A stretch of DNA of 64,000 bases from positions 753,546-817,545 of the forward strand of contig NW_018404519.1 in NCBI RefSeq assembly GCF_002113885.1. The letters are read 5' to 3'. Shown one piece after another: positions 28,401 through 40,843 of this stretch (position 1 is the stretch's first letter; each line of letters opens with the position of its first letter). The position numbers were made by a program, and so were the translations under genes. Source of the DNA: Mizuhopecten yessoensis. Its lineage: Eukaryota. A model generated the notes under the pieces. The model saw only the letters and a program-made list of their open reading frames with translations. It was not told the origin of the DNA and searched no databases.

Positions 28401-30148
28401 TTAATGGTATGGCAACTTGCAATATTAATATACCACCTCTTTTATTAGTTTACTTACCAGCCATCACATATTATAATTGGAAGGCCGTAAATCATGTTAT
28501 TCTGTCTACAAGGATAGACGAGGGAGTTTTTAAGGTAATTAAAAATGAAACATAATGTTCGTTACCCAATATGAGTAGGGACATATTCTATTAGTTTTAA
28601 GTCTTATGTTTCTTGTTTGCATTTTGTCATAGTACCGTCTAGATAAGGTGGCCGAGGCCGGTCCGCCGATCTGGGTGACGGAGTTGTCCATCGCGGGATC
28701 CAACTTCACGGCAAAGGCACAGGCCCTGGAGGACGTGATGACCATGTATTTTAGTCACAAGAAGGTGGCAGGCGTCATTTTATGGGGATTCTGGGGTGCA
28801 TCTCTCAAGTGGCCAGCTAGCACCGATGCGACACCAACGGTTGCTGTAAGTATATAAACGACAAATATAAGGAACCCTTAATAAAATGTGTAAAATAATT
28901 CTTAATAGTTGTTTGTTATTCAATGATGGAACTTATATTTCAATTCTTATTTTCAGAGTTAGCCTTATATCGCGTTTCCACTTACGTTTAAATGTTAAAA
29001 AGGATCAATTAAATAATCCCATTCCACAATTCAGTTCTTAAATCAACAGCAAAACATAAAATAATGACATTTTGAATAATTTTGTTCCGTTTTTAACGTG
29101 CTATAAAAAAAAAGATTTTTGACACTTTGAGGCATTTCTCCTATCTTATCTCTGTCAAATTGCAAATAAATCAGAACGAATGTAATTTATGGATATTATA
29201 GGTAACGACTTATACTCTTACATAAACTGTGAGTATATATAATTGAGAAATGTATATAAGATATCCGTGCCTCTTTCATGAAGTCAAGATATCGAGTGGA
29301 AAATACATTAAAGAAACAGTTCTTCGAAAATAAGATGTTGCAATCGGTATATTAACATCCAATGAACCCCAGTCGACAAGATGATTCTTGTGTTGAAGAA
29401 GTAGCACTTGTTTCAGAATATCTAAAAGCGATTATCTAGACCAGCATCTACTGTATTTCATTCGTTTAACACAATTTCATTTCAGGTGAACAAAGCAGGT
29501 CAGAAGTATATGGATCTTGTCAACACCGCATGGAGAACAAACTGGAGTGCAAAGTTGAAAAACTACAAGAACCAGAGGTATTTCAAGGGAGACTACTCCA
29601 TCAAAGTAAAGAAGAATAACGTTACACTAAAGACCATTAACTTCAATCTTGTGAAAAACCGAAAGCTGAAATTAAAGGTTAAAGGAACAAGTAAGTAAGA
29701 TATAAAATCGGATATAACCATCAAATACATAAATACACCAGTTTTAAATGCCAATGATTATATACAAAATTACCAGGACTTGAAAGGAAAATTAAAGGAA
29801 CAGCAAACATAACTTGTAACAAACGTCATATATATACATATGTTGTACAAACATAAATCAAAATGTCATGATTTTGATGCTTTTTTATGATAGATGGTAT
29901 GTTAAAATAATCAAGATTGGTTTAACCTCAGCGGTATTTTTTAAAACGAAAAAAAACCACCAATGAATTTATTTTGTTGTTAGTAATTTGTCCTTTCACT
30001 GTATTTATTGAACAAGATCAATGATATATCAGAATTACATTAAACTGCATCAGAATGGATCCTATTAAAATATGTAATACAAATTGAGAGGGACCCATTT
30101 GAACTGGTTTAATAATCCTTCTCTTTCTCATTTCTTTTATTGGTAGTA

Positions 30149-30206
<58 letters not shown>

Positions 30207-30282
30207 ATAAACTTCAATCTACTATTCTTTGTTCTATATTTTTTCAGCTGCCTCTCCAAAGATATCCGTGAACCTCAAGTGA
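22406..30282 (+). CDS. Secreted CBM4/9 + GH10 xylanase-like glycoside hydrolase, tandem copy 2; 13 exons, 578 aa
   Basis: Exons 22406-22596, 23138-23295, 23962-24051, 24226-24382, 24704-24749, 25064-25228, 25669-25724, 26214-26354, 26630-26801, 27637-27744, 28633-28845, 29486-29690, 30248-30282; total 1737 nt. Exon sizes are identical to copy 1 except exon 11 (6 nt shorter). HWDVNNE and PIWVTEL catalytic motifs are intact. Confidence 0.93.
25708..25907 (+). repeat. 25-bp minisatellite x8 spanning the exon-7 splice donor
   Basis: Unit GACCTGCTGGATCACGG|GTAAGTTT; the first unit starts 17 nt inside the exon. Confidence 0.97.
26777..26973 (+). repeat. 53-bp minisatellite x3.7 spanning the exon-9 splice donor
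   Basis: Unit CGTAAACCAGGACAGGTAAACAACG|GTACGGTCAAAATCTGTATATATATGTA; units start at 26777, 26830, 26883, 26936. Confidence 0.95.
28047..28321. repeat. 69-bp tandem repeat x4 (mid-intron)
   Basis: GTAGATTACACCCTACACAATTATATAG... starts at 28047, 28116, 28185, 28254. Confidence 0.95.
30152..30205. repeat. (CT)n microsatellite
   Basis: Directly visible. Confidence 0.98.
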
Positions 30283-33200
30283 ATCTACATTGTCCTTCAC
30301 CCCGCCACCGGATGTGCTTAAACAGACATTTTCACTAGCTTCGGGGAAATGAAGAAAGGACATTTGAAATGCGAAAGTTATAAACAAATAAACGTCCAAT
30401 GCTTTAACTTGAAACAAGTACAAAAAGTGTAAAATAACATGGACCAGTTAAAGGGAGGTCTTATTCGGCATTATTCCAATAAAATCTCTTTCGTTCCTTC
30501 CACTTACATAAGCCTTAAGGAAACAAACACAACTAAAAAATTGAATATATAGTGTTCTTGTTGTTTCTGGGTATTTTTCGACATTGACTGTTTTGTTGAA
30601 AATAGGCGAACTTCGAGATTTAATTCCAAAGTACCAAATATCGAGAATCACCATACATCAACTTGAACTGCAATTTTACCAATCGTATGGGTGAAGTCAA
30701 GAACTATGCTAGAAAAAATTAATTTATTGGGCTCCTCTCATATTTCAATATCTAGGTAAAGCAAAGTGAATATCAGTTTGTTTATCTTTACATGTTGCTT
30801 AACATATTCATTCAACCTCCACGGCATGTACCTACTACGGCAAACAGCATAGCTACCTGGCTGGAGAATTAAAACAATTGAAGAGGAAAAAACATCTTGC
30901 ATCGAAAAATATTATAAAAAATATATAATGTAACGTTGGACGAGCATCCGTTGTGTACTTCGGCTAATGATCACAAAAAGAAATAATTTGAAGAGTAAAT
31001 AATGTATTTATAACAAGAATATATCAAAAACAAATCCCACTCACATTCACACTCACTATCTCACAGATAACTAATAATACTACAGTCTATTATAGCTTCA
31101 CTCCTTGACGGCACAGATGACACCTGTGAACAGCTTATGGAATTGAAAATGAGCATGCAATAATATATATCGTAACTGAATCACAACATTATAACCAGTT
31201 TCGTATTAGGAGGTAACACCATAATAATTACAACCCTCCTATGTCGTACTTTATGTAGTTACACGATATATGGGATAACTAGGGTGTTTTTATTCAATTT
31301 TCATTTAACAGCACAATTTACAAAACATACAATACATTATGTTAACAAAAAGTAGCACTTTATACTGAGGCCCACACCAAGACAAATACTATTCGCCACG
31401 TACACAGGAACCACACATTAACTCTACACACACATAGGAAGAAGTATTACACATAAACCATTTATGAAAATTACCACTTTTCCCTCCTAAACACTATTGC
31501 AGTCTTGTATGTAATATAGTCTGTCAATGCATTCCACAACTCAAGTACTATCCATGGATAACTATGTTGTAATTACTTCAAAACTATGTCGTCATTACGA
31601 CAAACTATACGACATACAAAATTTGATCCATGCGGCACTAACTGGCTACCATACAGGTATCCTTACAACCAACAGTTAAAGACCTAGTTCAGAAGTGTTG
31701 TGATACTGCTTATTCATGTAGAGGAATAAATTAAAAGCTTGATTTTGAAGAACGTCCAGGAAACCCTATAGTCTATTTAATAGTGTATATTTTTTTTTTA
31801 TTACTATTATTTTCATTTTGCTTGACTTGAATAACATCTGGAAGATAAGGTCCCTTAAATAGACAAGTCATGTGATTGGAACCTCTCAGACTCTATACAA
31901 TGTAGTTGAAAAGGTTCTCGTGTCGTTTTTCCAGAGATTGGCGAAGACGACCCCGAGAATACAAACTGGCGACGCGTCTTTGCAAATATATTGTTGTCAA
32001 AAGAAATGTTTTGTTAAAACATCTCATTGTTATTACGTACACAGGGAATGATAGTGATCGCATTTTGTCCTGTTTTTACATTGTTATTGTCAAAACAATA
32101 GCAAATGGATTCGGGACAAGTTATTTCAACATTATTTAGTGACGGCATGAACATGCATTATCTTAATAAATTGAAGAATATTTTATACAGACTATCGATA
32201 TTTCAGTTTTGTATTCTAGCGAAGCTGAATGTATACAACAGTTATCAAAGAAAGATTAGATAATAGACAATTGCTTTAACTTTACATTTAAGCACGTCAT
32301 CCGTAAATGAAAAGAAACAAAATCAGTAACAATATATCATTTATTTTCTATACTTAAAACAAAAGATACATCGGAATCCTTTTATCTATTTAAAGCACTA
32401 CAAAGGTTATCATATCATTAAACTATGTGATAAACCAGATAGATACGATTTAACATTGATCAGCTTTTTATACTGTAAGCATTAATATTGTCTATTTTAA
32501 CTGATAAATGTTACCTTTAGACCAAGTAGTTACCGATATGTTTTGTCGTAGAGGAAATATGATAAAACACGCCGTCATGATATGGTTTCTTACTGTGTGA
32601 TGAAAGTATCCACTACGACTAAATTCATACACCTCCCTGGTCTCATGTCGTCGGTGAGCAACAATCTTTCCTAGATAGATTTTATAGGAGACATCATGAT
32701 CAGTGTGTGCCGTATAAATGCTTACCCTTCCGGAAGACATTATTTTTCGTCAGCTGTAGTTCATGAAATAATTTTGTATTTTTTTTTTACATATTGAACC
32801 CGAGTTCAGATTTTGGCTTTGTGTGTTGAAAATGATATCTATTTATTCTATTCTATTATCAGCTGTTCAAAAAAAGAGCAAAGTGAAATGTGACACAGTA
32901 AAGAGCGCGCATTAAATGGTTGAATTTAGTTCACACTCTTCGCGACTCTTAAATGTATTTGCTTGTCATCAGCTGAAAAAATACACTGTGACTAAGTAGT
33001 ATCACCGTAAGAGTGAAGACCTGTGTAGTATCGTGGTTACCAGACATGTAGCTTGCTAGTTAACGTCCAACTATTTGATTTTCTCAGTTTATTCGCGTTA
33101 ACTAATCCCTCTTTTAGATTGCTCGTTAACTCGCTATTTTGCTCAGTTTACTCATTTAACTCACTCCACTCCCTTGCTCAGTTTGTTCGTTGAATTTACT

Positions 33201-34112
33201 CAGTTTGTCTACCCGCTTTAGTCAGCTTCCTCGTTTAAACTGTTGGATACCATTCGTTGACATTGCATTAGGGATCCCATTTGCAGATAAAATACTTACT
33301 GTAAGGATGAGAAAATTTTGAAATGGGGTTAGTTGAAGTTAAAATGCTGCATATTGCATAGGAAAGGTGTAACTAAGAAGTTCCAAAATGAGAAAAAATT
33401 CCAGTGTCAATAATTATCTTACTCGTTAGACAACATGAAAATTCTACAGCGGAAAGAAACATCATGAACCCCTACAAAAAGAAGAAACATTTCCCGGTCA
33501 TGTTCAATGATGCTTTATATGATATCAAAGTCGATACTCATTAGTGTGCCTCATTAGTGTGCCTTGTGGTTTTGTTATCATTACCCCATGTCTCAATATG
33601 AAGAATTCAACATTACTTGGATTTGACCTAGATTTATATTGCGGGTGTCGTCGATGAAGCAGAGAACGCTTGCTCTTCTGAAACACCTGGTCTTATCCTC
33701 CATGTATTTTCCATTTGTGTCCATAAAAACCTTCCATTTGCACATGTTTTGCCATTGTTTTCTCGATTTTGAGTAATAGAATTAAGGGTTTGTTCAAACT
33801 TCGGTATTCTCTTGTTTCATTACTAAGATTAAGCGTTGACTGCAACACACATAACAGCCGACATCCTGGAAAGCGTGTATATCGCCAATGATTGGAGACA
33901 CAGATTGAGCATATCTTTAAATGGTAAGGCACTGAATCTGAGAAGAAGTCAAGTCATGATAACAGTGACACGGCATTTAATACATATAGCTTAAATTTCC
34001 CTAAAGACCAGCTAAACGGAAAACTAGTCAGATGGAAATGGATGTGAACAATGGCATGCACTTATTCATCGACAATATAAGTAGGCTCAACCTTGAAAAC
34101 CCGGTGTTCTCT

Positions 34113-34444
34113 CATCCTCGATACTCCATGGGTTATACTTACTTTCGTTCTCTGCACCCCTGGAATATGTCATAGCAAAATTAAAGGCACTCGGCAAGCT
34201 ATTTGATTGGTCTCCGGTAAAAAAAACATACCGATCGCTAGGCTGATACCTGTCCTTTGAAGATTACAGAGGAGCAACACCCGACTTCAAAGCCAGTCAA
34301 TTTTTACCGCCTTTACACGTTGATGTCCATCAAACGATCAAACTGGTCTTCTTGTCTCATAGACAATGTGGCGCACACTGAGCCTTCGATTGTGTTATAA
34401 ATGACATATTCCAAATGAGCGTAACCCCTGGAATTTCGAAGATA
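34113..34444. mobile_element. MITE, copy A (family shared with 40384-40732)
   Basis: CATCCTCGATA...GGGTTATAC...GGAATATGTCAT left end, inverted at the right end; the body aligns with the 40384 copy. Confidence 0.7.
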
Positions 34445-34574
34445 GGATAGTCTTTTTTTCTTTATTTTAGGAAATATAAAATCAAAATGCTTTCTGTACA
34501 CTAAATAATAGAGAGAACCACGCTCGTACGAACAAGCACGACATGAAAGGAAATTTTTAAAAAAGTGCATTTAC

Positions 34575-35398
34575 AACACTGATTCGTGAAACCAGTAGAA
34601 GAGTGGATGGGTCCGATCCTGGACTTGAAGGTTTCCAGGGTGTTGGCATCCACGCTACTTGCTGGCAGTTTGATACATATCCGAATACCGGCTGGGAAGA
34701 AAGAATCCTGGTACGATCCCAATCTACAGTATGGCTGGAGGTATCGGGTGGTGTGTCCTCTAGTCCTTGTAACAGTTGAATGAAGTGGAGTTGTTGGTAT
34801 TGCGATTAGATTGTTGATTACCCGGTTCATCATGGTAGCTCTAGCCTGGGCTCATCAGATTTGAAGGCTTTAGAGTTGGAGCTCCTTTAGCATGGTTGTA
34901 CTGGTATGGGTGTAGTCGTCCATAATTAACCGGGCTGCTCTACGCTGCACTGCCTCCAGGGAGATGATTTGGGACTTGGTGGAAATGTCCCACACTGTGG
35001 TAGCGTACTCCAGTTGTGGGCGAACCAATGTCTTGTAGCAAGTAGCATTGATGTTCCTTGGGCATGAAGATGTGCTAGGTCTCAGGAAAGCAGTGGTGTT
35101 TGTCGCCTTCCTTGTCACACTGGGGACGTGACTGTTCCATGACAGTTTCTGATCGATGGTGACTCCCCGGTACTTTGCCTTGTCCGTCATGTGGAGATGT
35201 TGTCTATGAATGGTGTACTAAGAAGCAATAACATTGCGTTTGTTAGTGATTCGTATCACCTCACACTTATCAGGATTGAAACTCATTCCCCGGTCATTTT
35301 CCCACTGCTGCAACGAGTCAGTGTCTACCTGTAGGTGTTTTACATTCCTCTTTCCGTTGATAGTCAGATACAACAGGCAGTCATCTTCAACAAAAAGT
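34575..35398 (-). mobile_element. 5'-truncated, decayed non-LTR retrotransposon (CR1/L2-like) RT C-terminus
   Basis: ...EDDCLLY...LQQWEND.GMSFNPDKCEVIRIT...KYRGVTIDQKLSWNSHV...YKTLVRPQLEYATTVW...LEAVQRRAAR, then YQDSFFP...LP...TLETFKSRI in a shifted frame; contains a stop and a frameshift. Confidence 0.9.
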
Positions 35399-35605
35399 AG
35401 TATCTAATATAGATGGTAACTTTATTAAATTGCTTGAAAAGATCCTTGCACCTGACTTGCCTCGCAAAAAAAAAAACAATTTTATTCGAGTTTTGAATTT
35501 TTCCGCGTTTTCTTTTTTAAAAACATAAGAAGAGTTCCGAATATGTATTTCCGGTTTTCGGAGATTGTTTTGATTTCTCAGTGAGATGCATTAGCGTGCG
35601 ATATA

Positions 35606-37899
35606 ATGGTTTCAAAGGTAGTCACAAATCCTGTGCATCTGTACCGGCATCTGATGAGATGTGTCAAGCAGTTACCAAAAGAATCACAGTCATATTACAA
35701 GCATCATATTCAACAGGTAACCGAGACGACACTGCGTTAGGCCTACCTCCAGGCTCCATAACATAACACGTGTATTCAGTATTAGTACAGTAGTGACACT
35801 GCCCGCACAGTCTGAAATAAGTGACTATCTCATTTTTATTTATTTTTGGTGGGGCTCCCCATATTTTTTTTAAAGGTAGTCACTTAATTTGGACTACTGC
35901 CCGAAGTGCACTGCTAAATGGTTGTTACAACTTGTGAATAGCTTATAAATGAAATAAATTAGCCACAATAAATTGATCCTGCTATCTTCAAATTTATTGA
36001 GTGGTGAAATTATTTCCAGTTGGAAATGTCATGGATTTATTGCAAGCACTTATCCTGTCCATCATTTAAGCAATGATGAAGTGCTTCATATTGAATTGGC
36101 ATTCATATTGCTTATGAATGACAAATGAAAGTAGTTTAATACTTGTATATAACATTTATATAATACGTTATTTAACGGATTAAAACTCAGCATTTAGATC
36201 AAGAAAGTGTACACTACATATTGCATACCTCAAGATCAGGTTACTCTGAGTTTCCTCTGGCTCGGACACCAGACTTAAACATTTTGACAGGTAGATGTCT
36301 GGTGTGGGGCTTAAGACTTAAGAGCACACTACAAAATGAGAATGTGGAATTGAACGACAACAAATATCTGCTATGAAAAAACACATACCTCACATATATC
36401 GATGAATGAGTTATTTATTGATCCAAAACTGCCCTTATCACCAACAGTAGCTACATACATTCTGTCAGTAGAGTCCTCAGTTTTCAATTAACACTGTATT
36501 TTACTTCTGCCCATTTTTTCATGAAAGGGCTTGCATAAATAACTGGTTTTGTTGCAAAATAAGTCTGTGCATTATTTAAGCATTAAACAGCATTCTGTTC
36601 CGTGTTATGATCCATCCCGTTCCATGTTATAGGACCATAACACGGAATAGAATGCTGTTTAATGCTTATATTTACATATTTTTTTTTCATTTCTAAGTTC
36701 ACAATGCACTTTTGAAATCAAATTTTGCAGTGTTTGTTCAAGAGTTAAAACAGTCCATGGAATTGCTCATGGAATGTTGTCTTGTGACTTATCCCATAAA
36801 AAACATAGTTTGTGGAAATAAACACAAAAATATTGATACAATTTCCATAATTTAATCAATTAATATATTGAATTCACATTTATAACAGTCTTACATAAAA
36901 TGGTGAATATTATTGAATCATAGTGGGGTTTTGTTTGCTTATCTGCTTGCTAGTGCGGAGGGAAATAGTGATCCGGTAGTTACCTGGACCCATGTAGATA
37001 TCACTACACTGGTGTTATGGTCTCGTAACACGCCAGTGTTGTGGTCTCATAACACGGAACTGGACTTGGTAGTGTTATATAGTGGGAATGCAGAGTAAAT
37101 GTTAATATTGTTATATGAATCTGTATGATCCAACACATACATAAATCAAGCTCCTCTGCAGCTGCTTGTTATTTCAAAACTTCAGTCAAAATGTCTTACG
37201 AGGCCAGAACCTACATTGTAACAAGGAGATAGCTAGTTGTAGTTGTTAGCCTCTCAACCACTTTATGATCTTGTTCTCTGTATCACACAGGCATACAAGA
37301 GCCACTCGGACGAGACCGATCCAGAGAGGATCCAGCAGATTGTTGCCCGGGCTGTGGAAGATGCTGAATGGGTTATAAAAAAGGTAAGTTATCTAATCAA
37401 GTACTGGTAAAAAAGGTAACCAAGTACTGTTTAGTATACACCACTGTATGACAATAAATATATAACCTGTGTATCTCTCTCTACACAGTGTTTGATCAGA
37501 AATGTAAAATATGTGTACCATGCCAAGTAAAACAAATCTGACTACAAGGTGAGTTTTTTCATAAGTAATCATGACAACATACCAAAGCCTCCTCACCTAC
37601 TGACAAAGGTGAATGATACAGGATATCGCAAAACATATCAAGTGTATGGTTACTTAAAGTTCAACCTAATTGTTTTCATCTGTTACAAATTAATTTTAAT
37701 ATAGCCTCCCATATTAAATCTTCTGGTGTTTAAAATTAATCATGCAGAATGTTATATGCAGACATGATATAAGAATCTTTTTGATTTGTTTTTTTAATGT
37801 AGATAAATATTGAAGGATAAAAAGAAACCATGAATTAGGAATATCTTTTATGATTAATTTTGTGTATCCTGTTGTCTTTTTCAGTACAAGAAAGATTGA
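35606..37899 (+). CDS. LYRM9: LYR motif-containing protein 9 (mitochondrial LYRM family), 3 exons, 72 aa
   Basis: Exons 35606-35716, 37291-37383, 37885-37899 (all phase 0) give MVSKVVTNPVHLYRHLMRCVKQLPKESQSYYKHHIQQAYKSHSDETDPERIQQIVARAVEDAEWVIKKYKKD*. This matches the LYR...HSDE.PERIQQI..RA.EDA.W pattern of LYRM9. AATAAA at 38249. Missed by the ORF track. Confidence 0.92.
36577..37100. mobile_element. Hairpin + TATTTAC...GAGTAAATG element in LYRM9 intron 1
   Basis: 33-bp inverted repeat at 36577-36609/36636-36668 (1 mismatch), TATTTACAT at 36669, GAGTAAATG at 37092. Confidence 0.5.
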
Positions 37900-39402
37900 C
37901 AGCAAATGGAAACGATACCATTCTGCAGCAGACTCTTTCTCCCATACAAGGAAAAAAGCGTGTTTAGAACATTTTCCCTGTTGTGAAGTGTAATGACTGT
38001 CAAAGACATTTAATCTTTAGATTATTAGTGTGATGACAAATTTGCATACTTAATGACGGTGTGTCTCTCAGTTGTCTCCCTTGAATGTCGCATACATGTA
38101 CATATATAGTTATAGAATGGATGCTACTGTAGTGAACATACATTTTTGTATAGAAATGATACATTTGAATGCAATGTTTTTCCCCATTTTATTAGGAATG
38201 TCTTTTGGATTTATCATCAAATGATATTGTTTTCGATTATATTTTGTAAATAAAAGGATTTGTATGAAAATATGTTTAAGTAATTTTGAATTGAAACCAA
38301 GGCTGTGTGGTCACTTAACAACCAACTCACAGGTGCTGGACACACTAATATGGAGTGGTGTTACGAAATGGGCTTAAGTTACTTAATGATAAAGAATTGA
38401 ACCATCTTATAACATGTAAGACAGTGGGTAGAGAGCAGCACTTTAGTCAAAAGTACATTTGAGGTCAAATCTTAAGATTTGGGTAACACTACTGTGCATT
38501 GATTGATGGGGGACTGTGTAATTGAAGATATTGCTAAAGGGCTATCCATCTAGTGGATACAAGGTTAGTCATTGATGACATAAAGTGTGAACTCAAAGTG
38601 TGAACCCAAATCAGACATGAGTAACTGTCATTGCCATATGGTACATCTAGTATTGTTGTTTTGGAAGGGGAAAGTTAGATGAGAAGCTAGATTAAATTGC
38701 TGAAAGTGCCTCATTACTTATGAACAATAGGTGGTATCTACTCATGAATAGTTAATTTTGTATAGATTGTTTAAAGTACTTGGGGAGAATTCCATAGGGA
38801 GTTAGGCATTGAGAGACAGGATTTGAGGTTCGAGAATGCAAGCCTCTGGAGAGAGTTGTAACTCTATATAACATTTGTGTATGTAGATTTACTGTCAAGT
38901 TCCAGAACTGAGTTAAAAAGGACATTTGTTAAATTTAAGAGGGATCTTGCAGATAGTGCCTACTCCAGGATATGGGTATGGTCACCAATTGTTAAGGCCA
39001 CAATGCTTAGCAGTAATAAAAAAACAAGTCCACATGTGTTATCAGCATGTTATGTAACAGTGGATACTGTCGGTATACTATCATATAGTATACACGGCAT
39101 ATTAGTGTGTCAAGCACTTGTGAATCAACCTGGTCCAGTATGTTACATTTCTGTTGTAACTGTTCCAGGAACTAATCTTCTTGTGTAGATAAACAGGCAT
39201 TCACTGGCACCTGGATGGACATATTTAATGCAAAAAATGATTATATTCAACATGAATCATCCTTTTTACAAGTTCTAAGATTTCAATTTATAATCACTTG
39301 GAAGCTGGGTGAAGTTTTAGAAAGTTAATGGTTGTATTGTTTGAAAATGTTCAAAACCTGAACATCCATATGTATGTAAACAAACATTAGAACACTGACC
39401 TT

Positions 39403-39720
39403 GCTGATATGGGTGACATAGTGGCACACAACACTTGGTTCAGTGATGCTGATATGGGTAACATAGTGGCACACAACACTTGGTTCAGTGATGCTGATAT
39501 GGGTTACATAAAGGCACACAACACTTGGTTCAGTGATGCTGATATGGGTTACATAGTGGCACACAACACTTGGTCCAGTGATGCTGATATGTGTTACATA
39601 GTAGCACACAACACTTGGTCCAGTGATGCTGATATGGGTTACATAGTGGCACACAACACTTGGTTCAGTGATGCTGATATAGGTGACATAGTGGCACACA
39701 ACACTTGGTTCAGTGATGCT
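39403..39720. repeat. 45-bp tandem repeat x7
   Basis: GCTGATATGGGTTACATAGTGGCACACAACACTTGGTTCAGTGAT units. Confidence 0.97.
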
Positions 39721-40383
39721 GCACGTGTCTTTGAGTTTACTCATATGGTACCATTCAGAAGTTCTTGAACCAGCATTAGTTTTACTCTAATGATATGGCA
39801 CTGACCGTTAAATAGCCTTGCCATTGGTACATTTACACTGACTAGCCCTCCGAGCTACTTTGAACGCAATGCATTAGAAAAGATCCACATGGATTGTCTT
39901 CTGGTGCTGGTCTTGGGTCTGTAATCAGCAACATCCTTTTGGATTCCATTACAAACTTGAGTGGCGTGGCTGTAGACCTCAGGACTTCAATATCATGTCA
40001 TTAAATGTTTTAGCTCAGCTGCCTCGTGGACAATTGAGCTTATGCAGAAGTTGAGAGTCGGTTGTCAACTTTTTCTTTCAATAGATTCTCAAGAACTAAG
40101 AGACCTAGGGTATTTATATTTGGCCAGCAGCATTCTTAGGAAAAGGGTCCAGGGTCAAGTATGTAACGATGTGTAGTTAGCCTAATGCATTGTTCACCTG
40201 GTATGAATCTCAATCTGTAACCTTAAAAGTGGACCAAGGTTAATTATTTTTTTAATTGGCCAGGTGAGGTAAAAACCTCTTAACTACTTCTCCAGTACAA
40301 CCAAGAGACCTTGCATAATGATGTTCGGTCTGTAGCTTCCAGGGATGAAAGAATGACGAACTTTCAGGTCATAAGGGTGAAGT

Positions 40384-40732
40384 CATCCTCAATATCCAGG
40401 GGTTATGCTCACTTTCGCTCTCTATACACCTGGATTATGTCATAGCAAAATTGAAGGCACGCGGCCAGCTTTTTGATTGGTGTCTGGTAAAACAAACTCG
40501 ACAATCACTAGGCCGTCGTTTGAAGATTACAAAGGATGATTCCCGACTTCAAAGCCTGTCAATTTTATCGTTAGGTGACCGTGAGATTCTTTTGATGTAG
40601 ATCAAAGGACCAAATTAGTCTTTTCATCTCATCCACAAAGTGCTGCACAATAAGCCTTTGATTTTGCTATGACATATTCCAGGGGTGTAGAGAGAGCAGG
40701 TGAGAGTATATAACCCCTGTATATCGAGGATG
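40384..40732. mobile_element. MITE, copy B, with ~60-bp imperfect TIRs
   Basis: CATCCTCAATATCCAGGGGTTAT...ATGTCATAGCAAAAT / ATTTTGCTATGACAT...ATAACCCCTGTATATCGAGGATG. Confidence 0.7.
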
Positions 40733-40843
40733 GGGTTACTTATATTGAGAAGATGTTGTTTGAAAGACTTCTAAGTGACCTAAAGTCTTAGGTTTCACGA
40801 CATTTTCCAAGGAGCATGCTATAGTGAAGGTCTATGATTTAAG

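Noticed and set aside
39325-39768. Repetitive 15-aa-unit ORFs on both strands; CRISPR-like regularity
   Set aside because: A 45-bp head-to-tail minisatellite without unique spacers, splice context or cas genes; eukaryotic DNA.
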